Of a DNA stretch of 64,000 nucleotides, positions 54,933 to 64,000 are shown piece by piece. This DNA is from Macrostomum lignano (lineage: Eukaryota). Position numbers and translations under genes: made by a program. Below the pieces are notes generated by a model that searched no databases, was not told where the DNA came from, and saw only the letters and a list, made by a program, of their open reading frames with translations. Numbering within the stretch: the stretch's first letter is position 1; the number at the start of each line of letters is the position of its first letter. The stretch lies in assembly GCA_002269645.1 (NCBI GenBank), contig NIVC01001008.1, forward strand, positions 124,001-188,000, read 5' to 3'.

Positions 54933-55329
54933 AATGCGCGTTTAACACAAGAAGACAATAGCAGAGAAAAGTATGACACGAGAGCATGAGTGAACAGCTG
55001 AAGACTCACCGGAATGACCACTCAGAAAGAGTTTTTTGTGTTTCACTTTGCTATTCAGCAGGCATGCAGCTCAACAATTTATTAATCCTAACCAACTGAT
55101 GCTGCTGAGGCAGCTGGATAAGCTCCCCATCTCCCCTCCCAGCCATGGAGTACTACAGTTCTAGACATCTGGACTGGAAACTGGTCAAGAGGGCACACAA
55201 GCTCAAAGTGTTCCGAATTTCATCTATCGGTAAGTGGTACGAGTAGTTCTGATAAGTGAATATGCAGCTCGTGCCACTAACACTAGCCTCGATGTATCGA
55301 TTGGTGTATCTAGCTCATATTTAACCAAC

Positions 55330-55510
55330 TTAGGTTATGGTTAGGGTTATGGTTAGGGTTATGGTTAGGGTTATGGTTAGGGTTAGGGTTAGGGTTAGGG
55401 TTAGGGTTATGGTTAGGGTTATGGTTAGGGTTAGGGTTGGGGTTATGGTTAGGGTTATGTGTTAGGGTTATGGCTAGGGTTAGGGTTATGTTAGGGTTAG
55501 GGTTATGGTT
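55330..55510. repeat. Interstitial telomere-like array TTAGGG/TTATGG
   Basis: Direct reading. Confidence 0.93.
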
Positions 55511-55937
55511 GCATTACATTCCAAACGATACGGAAGCAGTCATTCTTATTGGTTGAAACAAACAGCGAACCTCAGCTTCCACTCCAGATGCTACATTTAG
55601 TTCGCCACATCCCGGACCCAAACACACATGGGGATCTTCTGCATCCTATAAATGGCAGTGGGTATTGGGAGGCCAACCGGCCAGTACCGGTAATGCCTTA
55701 GAAACGATGCGGGTTAGTCAGGGGAGCTATAAAAAAATCGATAGCTTCTACCATCAGACTGAGCTCAAAGTGAAGTTTTTAAGTGCAAAAATTCTCCCCA
55801 GCCACCTGCCTAATAACTGATGCACCATACGTTTGTTAAACAACTAATAGAAGTAATAATGTGACAGTTTAGCTCTTTTATTCTGCACATAATTTTGTCA
55901 AAGAAGAGTCAGGCTAATCAGGAAGGCTAAAGGCTTA

Positions 55938-56375
55938 CTGGGGGAATTGCTGAGATGTAAAGTCTTGGGGGAAGGGAATTGCTGAGATGTAAAGTCTTGG
56001 GGGAATTGCTGAGATGTAAAGTCTTGGGGGAGAATTGCTGAGATGTAAAGTCTTGGGGGAGAATTGCTGAGATGTAAAGTCTTGGGGGGGGGGAATTGCT
56101 GAGATTTAAAGTCTTAGGGGGGGGAATTTCTGAGATGTAAAGTCTTGGGGGAATTGCTGAGATGTAAAGTCTTAGGGGGGGAATTTCTGAGATGTAAAGT
56201 CTTGGGGGGAATTGCTGAGATGTAAAGTCTTAGGGGAATTGCTGAGATGTAAAGTCTTGGGGGAGAATTGCTGAGATGTAAAGTCTTGGGGGGGGAATTG
56301 CTGAGATGTAAAGTCTTGGGGGGGGGAATTGCTGAGATTTAAAGTCTTAGGGGGGGAATTTCTGAGATGTAAAGC
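55938..56375. repeat. Roughly 30-bp minisatellite with a variable G run
   Basis: GGGAATTGCTGAGATGTAAAGTCTT(G)n. Confidence 0.9.
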
Positions 56376-56489
56376 CTTCTACATTTAACCGATTCGGAGA
56401 TACAGACATTTTAATAATCGGCCTTCAACTATTTTTGCACGATTTGCGAGTGTTGCGTCCTTCTAGTCTAGTAGTCCTTAGTGTTTGGA

Positions 56490-56885
56490 TTTCGGAGTGT
56501 CAGGATTTCAGAGTGTCAGGATTTCAGAGTGTTAGGATTTCAGAGTGTTAGGATTTCAGAGTGTCAAGATTTCAGAGTGTCAGGATTTCAGAGTGTCAGG
56601 ATTTCAGAGTGTCAGGATTTCAGAGTGTCAGGATTTCAGAGTGTCAGGATTTCAGAGTGTCAGGATTTCAGAGTGTTAGGATTTCAGGGTATAAGGGTCT
56701 TGGTGTTAGTAGGATGTATGGGTGTAGTAGGTCTTGGTGTCAGTAGGGTGTGGGTGTCAGTAGGTGTGGGTGTCAGTAGGTGTGGGTGTCAGTAGGTGTG
56801 GGTGTCAGTAGGTGTGGGTGTCAGTAGGTGTGGGTGTCAGTAGGTGTGGGTGTCAGTAGGTGTGGGTGTCAGTAGGTGTGGGTGT
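56490..56885. repeat. Two adjacent 16-bp minisatellites
   Basis: CAGGATTTCAGAGTGT (56490-56690) and TAGGTGTGGGTGTCAG (56740-56885). Confidence 0.9.
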
Positions 56886-57968
56886 GATGTCAGACCGTCT
56901 GACAAAGTATTTATAGTCAAATTTGTCAGCAGATGTCAGGACGACATTCAGTGGTCTCAGCCGCTGAGCACGCTTCTCTCGGATCCGGCGCTGTGTCTCC
57001 CGCTGGTGCTCGAGCTGCAGCGCACCGGGCGTGAGCACCAGCGAGCTGAGGCGCTTCAGCTCCGCCTGCATGCCGGACAGCGACTCCAACGCGCTGCTCA
57101 GCTGCTCGCGCTGCTCCGCCAGCCTGTCCCGATGCTCGCCGACATTCGCGCGCACCGGCTGAAGCTCCAGCAGCTCAACCTCGGCTCGGCTTGTCCGACT
57201 GCGCAGCTCCTGGAAGTTGCGCCGGAGCTGCGCCGCGGCGAAGGCGGCGTCGATGCGAGCGCGGAGCAGCGCGTTGGTGGCCAGCTGATCCCGGCGCCAG
57301 AAGTCCACGTGGCCAGGATTGCGCCATGCCGGCCGGCCCACCGCTTCTGCTGTTGCCGATTGTTGCTTCTGCTGCTGCTTCTGCCGTTGCTGCGGCGACT
57401 GCTGCTGCTTTGCAAGGTTTGCTTGCCTAAGAGAGTGCAGAAGATGTAGAATTTTCTGGGATGGGGAATATATATGATGGGGAATTTTTATTATGGGGAA
57501 ATTATAGGAAAGGGACTTTATAGGATGGGGAATTTATAGGATAGGGAATTTTTATTATGGGGAAATTATAGGAAAGGGACTTTATAGGATGGGGAATTTA
57601 TAGGATGGGGAATTTTTATTATGGGGAAATTCTAGGAAAGGGACTTTATAGGATGGGGAATTTATAGGATGGGGAATTTCTATAATGGTGAATTCTATGA
57701 TGGGGAATTTCTTTGATGGGGAATTCTATGATGAGAAATTTCTATGATGGTGAATTCTATGATGGGGAATTTCTTATGATGAGAAATTCCTTTAACCCGA
57801 GCTCTGACAGAATCAAAAGGTAGCCATGAATGCGCCGTTGCCTCACAGTCATTCGCCGCTGCCTCACCAGCTGGGGCAGCTTGTCCCGCCCCGGCTGTCC
57901 GTCCGCCGCAGCCCCAGCCGCCGCGGTCCTTTTGGACTCGCTGCAACCGGCCGAATCATTGCTGGCAT
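56853..57968 (-). CDS. Uncharacterised coiled-coil protein, paralog B (224 aa, 2 coding exons)
   Basis: join(57968-57868, 57426-56853) = 675 nt; donor TG|GTGAGG and acceptor CTCTTAG|G are phase-2 consistent; MPAMIRP...CPSW|QANLAKQQQ... Confidence 0.65.
57455..57790. repeat. Degenerate ATGGGGAATTT repeat filling the paralog B intron
   Basis: Direct reading. Confidence 0.85.
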
Positions 57969-58004
57969 CCCCGTCCGCTTTGCTGTTGCCTTTTTCTGCA
58001 ACAC

Positions 58005-58645
58005 GGATGACACAAGGATGACACAAGGATGACACAAGGATGACACAAGGATGACACAAGGATGACACACGGATGACACAAGGATGACACAAGGATGACA
58101 CAAGGATGACACAAGGATGACACAAGGATGACACAAGGATGACACAAGGATGACACAAGGATGACACACGGATGACACAAGGATGACACAAGGATGACAC
58201 AAGGATGACACAAGGATGACACAAGGATGACACAAGGATGACACAAGGATGACACAAGGATGACACAAGGATGACACAAGGATGACACAAGGATGACACA
58301 AGGATGACACAAGGATGACACAAGGATGACACACGGATGACACAAGGATGACACAAGGATGACACAAGGATGACACAAGGATGACACAAGGATGACACAA
58401 GGATGACACAAGGATGACACAAGGATGACACACGGATGACACAAGGATGACACAAGGATGACACAAGGATGACACAAGGATGACACACGGATGACACAAG
58501 GATGACACAAGGATGACACAAGGATGACACAAGGATGACACAAGGATGACACAAGGATGACACAAGGATGACACAAGGATGACACAAGGATGACACACGG
58601 ATGACACAAGGATGACACAAGGATGACACAAGGATGACACAAGGA
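58005..58645. repeat. 11-bp minisatellite (about 58 copies)
   Basis: GGATGACACAA. Confidence 0.97.
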
Positions 58646-58723
58646 TTACACACCCTTTTGTACAGAAAAATATCTATCTCCCGATTGATTAATATTTTTA
58701 GCCTCCGATGCGTTAATTAAATC

Positions 58724-58737
58724 GTTGTCATGACAAC
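58724..58737. promoter_or_regulatory. Palindromic RFX X-box-like site
   Basis: GTTGTCATGACAAC, a perfect 14-bp palindrome just upstream of the putative 5' UTR exon of paralog B. Confidence 0.55.
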
Positions 58738-59384
58738 GCAACCGATAACCCCGAAAAAGTGTTGTTTTTTTAATATAGTGTTTTGAATCCATAGATTGTT
58801 GCGCGAATGTCTGCCTCGAGGGGGGGGGCAGCGGAAAGTGCACAGCTGGTTCACACACTAACCAGAATGTAAACTACTAGCATGCAGATTTTGGAAGATA
58901 ATAAAATATACTTTTTGTGTCCAATTATCTTCTTGAATAGAGGGGGGCTGTGAGCGGTGCAATTCCACTACCTGCCAATTAACTGTCTGCTGAGACTTGT
59001 TCTCAACTGTGTCCAGCTTGTAGGGGCCCGTGTAGGCACTCGAGACCGCTTACTATTGAAGTAATGAGTCTCATTGCTAGCGGAAAAGACTGCGATTGCA
59101 GGATAGACAAGGCAAATCTTCAGCCAGCTAAGGCCTTCTCACAGGTCTTTAATTCATAAGTATATAGTAGCTGTTTCTCAGCAGCTCTGCGTCATTCTCT
59201 GACACAAACCTGACGAACTCTGTCTTCGAGTCCAGCTCAGCCAAGTTAGGCTGAGATTTGCAAAAAACTTCAATGATCGACTATGAATATGAGCAGATTG
59301 AGATCGCCTACAATCCGAAGTGAGTCGCCATCTGATTGGTTGATTTGTCTGTGCAAGGGTTCTGATGCTGATTAAAACTGGTAA

Positions 59385-59616
59385 CCTCTTGGCAACGCGT
59401 CTGGTTCACGCATTTAAGCTGTCCATGGGTTCGATTCCTGAGGGCCACGGGTTCGATTCCTGAGGGCCATGGGTTCGATTCCTGAGGGCCACGGGTTCGA
59501 TTCCTGAGGGCCACGGGTTCGATTCCTGAGGGCCACGGGTTCGATTCCTGAGGGCCACGGGTTCGATTCCTGAGGGCCACGGGTTCGATTCCTGAGGGCC
59601 ACGGGTTCGATTCCTG
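59385..59616 (+). mobile_element. tRNA-derived SINE-like head with nine tandem 22-bp B-box units
   Basis: TGGCAACGCGTCTGGTTCACG... then GGGTTCGATTCCTGAGGGCCAC at 59427, 59449, 59471, 59493, 59515, 59537, 59559, 59581, 59603. Confidence 0.65.
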
Positions 59617-60104
59617 ATGTTCAATGCCTAATGCACAGAGTATGTGCATTGCCCACTGCCTGATGATGAGAATCGAATCTTATCATTGTAAGAAAGAGCC
59701 GCTGTACACGCATTAAAATCCTCAAAACGTGTAGACCCGGATTAGGTCACTCCACACCCTCCTCACTCAGCACCCTCTTCATTCCGCACCCACACCACTC
59801 CACACTCAATCCGTTCCGCACCCAAACCACTCTGCAACCATTTCCCTCGTGCACCCATCCCACTCCTGCACCCACCTCCGTCCTGCACCCACCCAATTCC
59901 ACACTCCCTCGTTCCACACCCACCCCACTCCGCAACTAGCCATTCCGCATCCGCACCCAACCTGTTCTGAATCCACCCACTCTGCAACCACCCCACTCCG
60001 CACCCACCCCACTCCGCACCCACCCAGCATCCAACCCAGCTATCGCAGCTAACCCAGCCTAACTACTACCGAAAACTCCCCACAGGGACGATCGCGACTT
60101 TCGC

Positions 60105-60908
60105 ATGCAGGCCGGCGGCGCTATGCAGCTTCGCCGCGGATTCACTGTTGCCGAGGTGGCAGCCAGCCGCGCCAACGCCAAAGAGCGCCGACTGTTGCAG
60201 CAGACGGTAGACAGACTCGAGGCCGACAAAAGGTACGCCGCCAGGTGTCTGAACACCGACCTACAGATGGCTCAACAGCGGCGGCATCGTCTGCTCAGAC
60301 GGTGCGCCACCGCTCAGAGGCGCACGCACCTGCGCCCGGACGAGCGCGCGGAGCTCGCCAAGCTGGACAGGGCCGGCCGGCTGCGGCTGCCGGCCTCCGC
60401 TTGCACCTGCGGCGCTGGCGTCGGCGGCGGCTTCAACTCGGCTCGGCTGATTCGGGCCGCTGAGCGCAGGCTGGGCCGCTCGCGGGGCGACCTACCAGCC
60501 TACCTGACGGCGAGGACACGGGCGCCACAGCCGGCGCAAGCGACCTCCGACAGTGACGACGAAGAAGAAGAAGAAGAAGAAGAAGAAGAAGATCTGTCGG
60601 CGGCTCTGCGAACCGGCCGCGACTTTCTGCCGCTGCTACCGCCGGCCGCCGGTGCTGTCAGCGGCGCAACGGCGGGCGGGGCCGCCTGGTCGACGCATCG
60701 AACTGCCGCTCGACCGGCCACGGCGGTGGCGCCAAGCTGGCGCGGGGCCTCAACGGATCCGCCGGACACGGCGCGCCGACTAACGGAGACCGAGCGGCGC
60801 CTGCGGATGGCGGAGGAGCGCGAACGCATGGAGCAGCTGGCCGGCGGCAGCGTGCGCCGCTTCATCGACTCGCTGTCGCAGCTCAGCCTGCGGGCAGGCG
60901 CCGGCTGA
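60105..60908 (+). CDS. Uncharacterised coiled-coil protein (267 aa), weakly CCDC190-like
   Basis: GC-rich single-exon ORF with ATG; N-terminal helix RANAKERRLLQQTVDRLEADKRYAARCLNTDL, (GAA)n-encoded poly-E, C-terminal SVRRFIDSL. Confidence 0.65.
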   Translation: MQAGGAMQLRRGFTVAEVAASRANAKERRLLQQTVDRLEADKRYAARCLNTDLQMAQQRRHRLLRRCATAQRRTHLRPDERAELAKLDRAGRLRLPASACTCGAGVGGGFNSARLIRAAERRLGRSRGDLPAYLTARTRAPQPAQATSDSDDEEEEEEEEEEDLSAALRTGRDFLPLLPPAAGAVSGATAGGAAWSTHRTAARPATAVAPSWRGASTDPPDTARRLTETERRLRMAEERERMEQLAGGSVRRFIDSLSQLSLRAGAG

Positions 60909-61074
60909 CTAGCTGGGCAGTTGCTAGGGCTTGAAGCAATCAAATCTTAAGTTTGATGTTCCGCTTCTTTGAGCTCGTGCGCCTTTTTTGATTATTCAAT
61001 TATACGCTTTAAAATTGTGATGTTTTTCTAAAAATTTCATCTGTTCATTACTGCTCAACAGTAGTAGCGATTTC

Positions 61075-61285
61075 AACATTAAAAAACAACAACAACAACA
61101 ACAACAATAATAATAATAATAATAACAACAAAAAGAACAACAGCAACAAAAGCAACTGAAAAAATACAACTGCAAAAACAATAGTAACAACAGCCACAAC
61201 AACAACACCAAAAGAAACAACAACAAAAGCAGTAACAAAAACAGTAAAAAGCAATAAAAACAACAACAACAACAACAACAACACA
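61075..61285. repeat. (AAC)n/(AAT)n microsatellite
   Basis: Direct reading. Confidence 0.92.
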
Positions 61286-61589
61286 ATTTAGCAATATATG
61301 AGAGCGAAAGAATCATTTGTCGGAATAAACAATCTGTCAAAAAGTCTATCAAAATTTCAATGGACCTACGGGCAGCTTTACGAGTTTAACAGAAATTCCC
61401 GACCTCGAATGGCCAACCAACTAAAGCGCAGGAAACTAAAACAAGTTGTCAGTATATGTTGTTCGCCAGTTCGCCCTACCATTACTTGCAGTAGTTCAGT
61501 TCAAACCTAAAAAGCTCTTTTCAAGCCGGTGACAGTGTCAGCTTCTTGCCAGATAGATATGATTCATCTTATAGACATTTGACTTATAG

Positions 61590-63064
61590 AAATTTGAAGT
61601 CTAATGACACTACATCCGTTTTTCTTAGAAATGAGCCGCGGGTAAGGAATAGTCCGAGGATTTCCCATTAACGCCCTTAAAGCATGGGTATTACTATTAT
61701 TGTGCCATAGACATTTTTGTCCTTGACAAAGTGGGACAGAATAATCGGGCGTTAAATGTCATTGTACATATACGCAAGAGTATTACAATGACACGCACCA
61801 TTTTGTTATTGCTTAACGCTGAAAATACATTTCGACCATAGACAATTTATTTTCATATTATTTATTACATAACAAGTGAACTTGAAAACATAAACAAACA
61901 ATAAACAAAAAACTCCGCGTGCTTGATTCGTAGAAAAACGGAACCTGCCTTCTGAATCGTTCAAAAGAGGCTTCGGAAAAAAGCAGCCGTTTTTTCACCT
62001 ATGTAGGTAAAGACCTCTCATACAGAGCAGTCAGTTGACGATGCTCTCCGTAGATGCGCGCCTTCTTCGTTCTGTCGTCTTTGCACTTGGCTAGGTCACT
62101 CGATTGGTTCTTAGTTGGTAGTGGTGGTAGTTCACAGTACTCTTGTCTGTCGGAGTCGGTACCTGCAACCAATGCTCCCTGCTGTTTCAAATGTTTAAGG
62201 TGTTCTTGTCCTCTCTCACGTAGAATATAGATACGAGCTAATGGTGAATACCACCTCGTCCTGTAAGAGTTTCGGCTGCGGTTCTATCAAAGTACGCCTT
62301 GACTTTTTCCAGATCTGCTTCCTCGATCGGTAGAAACTGCTTAGTTGTTGACTCAGTGAAATTGATATTTTGTGGCTGTAAATTTTATTTCCAGTCTATC
62401 GCTTTTTGTAACAGATGCTGGAATGGCACTTTTCAGTCGCGTCATCAAGGCCTAAATCTTTGTCTGTGGCCCACTGCACCAAGGCCTTCAAGTTTGTCTA
62501 TGGTCGACTGGGTGCCAAATTTTAGTAGCATTAAGTAATGACCGATCTTGTATCTAATGGCCAGATAAAATGATTATAATTGGCTACTAGTATGCTATAT
62601 ATAAAATGCAATTTTATAGTATGTTACGGCGTTAAGCCGGTGCGGCGAGAATCGCTGGCGAAGCGCACTCGTGTTATGGCCATTATTTAACTCCGTAACA
62701 TACTATATAATCTACCATTAACTGCCCGCTAATTACGGTATTTCTTTACTGCAAGCGGGCTTAAGTGTAGTCTATGGCATTAAAAGGCAAAAGGTCATGG
62801 TACAATCGCCAGTGCATCTGGAATCAACGAATAAAAAGGCAAGCAAGTTGATGGTTCGGCCATAGACACCAGCATAACTTGAATGACGCCAGCAGCAACC
62901 GCTCTCATAGAAACCAGGATTAAATATCGACTTTCCATGCAGCAACGAACAAACGAATTTTTCTAGTGCGAATTATCTCAACTGAATTTGTCTATGGCTA
63001 AACCTCAGCTAATTTCTAAGAAAACCGAGTGCAGCGTCATTCATTCTACTCCAGTTGTTCATGA
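61590..63064 (-). mobile_element. Long copy of the palindromic family carrying a Crypton-type recombinase remnant
   Basis: Arms GACACTACATCCGTTTTTCTTAGAAATGAGC (61606-61636) and CAGCTAATTTCTAAGAAAACCGAGTGCAGCGTC...TTCTACTCCAGTTGTTCATG (63006-63063); six CCATAGAC/GTCTATGG sites. Confidence 0.6.
61913..62357 (-). pseudogene. Crypton-like tyrosine recombinase (DUF3504-type) fragment, frameshifted and truncated
   Basis: Across frames: TKQFLPIEEADLEKVKAYFDRTAAET / LQDEVVFTISSYL / LRERGQEHLKHLKQQGALVAGTDSDRQEYCELPPLPTKNQSSD...KARIYGE / LYLHR*KNGCFFPKPLL...FSTNQARG. Recognised by motif memory only. Confidence 0.6.
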
Positions 63065-64000
63065 TGACATTTTGCTCCTCCATTTTTTGTTCAGTCTAAA
63101 AATTTGAAAGCAAACTTTAAGCGCCCTTGAGTGCACTTAGCTGTCAGAAAAAGCCATTGACTCGTAGACTCCTTATATCCCTAGCTAACCATTCGTTGAT
63201 CTGCCAGGCTAAAACAGAAAATGAGTAGCCCGAAAAAAGCTTATAAATGGTTCCCTAACTAGCTGCATCGCGGGTTGCTAGCTGCATGCATGCTAAGCAG
63301 GATCCGCCCCCCTGTCTGCCTCCTCCTGCCCGCCTGCTCATGTCCCCTACCGGCCCCGCACTTTCTGGCCAAAACCATAGCCAAAGCCTTGCCGCCTTCT
63401 CCAACCGGCCTGAGCTTGTACCTACCCGCACTACCTTCTCCCCTTTTTCCTCCTCAGCCGGGGGCTGGCTGGCCTCCCATACCCCCGACAGGCGAGTCCT
63501 CAGTACTCTCAGCCCGAGAGAGTTAGACCTGCAGCATCCCCAATTTGCATGGCACCCTGACTTTACCTTCTTCCCCCTCCCAACTACACTTTTCTGTCTC
63601 TGTTTCTGTCTCTCCCCACCCCTACCCCTCACTCCCAACCCCCCATGTCCTTCTCCACCGTTTAACTGCAAGAATTGCCAAAACTGCAAACTGCGTCACA
63701 CCTCCCCATCTCCAGTCCAACCAAACTGCCGGTCCCCTCAGGAAAGACCTTGATTGCATCTTACCCCGCTTCCCCCAAGCCTCCATCTGTCTATCCTCAA
63801 CATCATTGTCAGAAGCAGCAACAGCAGCAGCAATAGCCATAAAGCAATTGCAGTCCCCCTCATCCTATTCACCCAGCTGCCAGCAGCTGCAGTTGCCTCC
63901 CCATGGCTCTCAGCAGTCTTCTTCTATTGCTCGGGCTTAGAGGCGAGCCTTAGTTACGCTGCCTTCCTTAAAACACAGAAGCTGCCGGAGTTTGGCACAA

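Noticed and set aside
59385-59445. Functional tRNA gene
   Set aside because: No acceptor-stem pairing or full cloverleaf; better explained as a SINE head.
63250-64000. C-rich ORFs with faint similarity to a LINE endonuclease start (QPNCRS, LSILNI..RS)
   Set aside because: Motifs are too weak and interrupted, and the region is cut by the window edge.

Overview
Eukaryotic (metazoan) genomic DNA with GC-rich spliced exons and introns packed with different minisatellites. The style resembles the flatworm Macrostomum lignano, but this is inference and cannot be confirmed from the window. Genes reconstructed by hand from splice sites and phase checks: SMCR8-like (minus, 9 exons seen, 3' end continues off the left edge across an intronic Ty3/Gypsy element), MBLAC2-like metallo-beta-lactamase (+), a 711-aa ARM-TIR-SAM protein (+, 5 exons, one GC-AG intron), an SLC24/NCKX exchanger (+, 8 exons seen), an intronless hnRNP A1-family gene (+), two divergent tandem paralogs of an unrecognised coiled-coil family (minus) and one further coiled-coil ORF (+). 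Mobile elements: a degenerate Mag-type Gypsy LTR element, an apparently intact MULE with a perfect 9-bp TSD, a non-autonomous foldback/MULE with a 10-11-bp TSD, two hAT-like ends carrying (CT)n, a tRNA-SINE head with nine tandem B-boxes, and a three-copy palindromic family whose longest copy hides a frameshifted Crypton-type tyrosine recombinase remnant between nested CCATAGAC/GTCTATGG sites. Most long ORFs in the supplied track are artefacts of stop-free tandem repeats. All homology calls come from motif recognition by eye; no database search was run.
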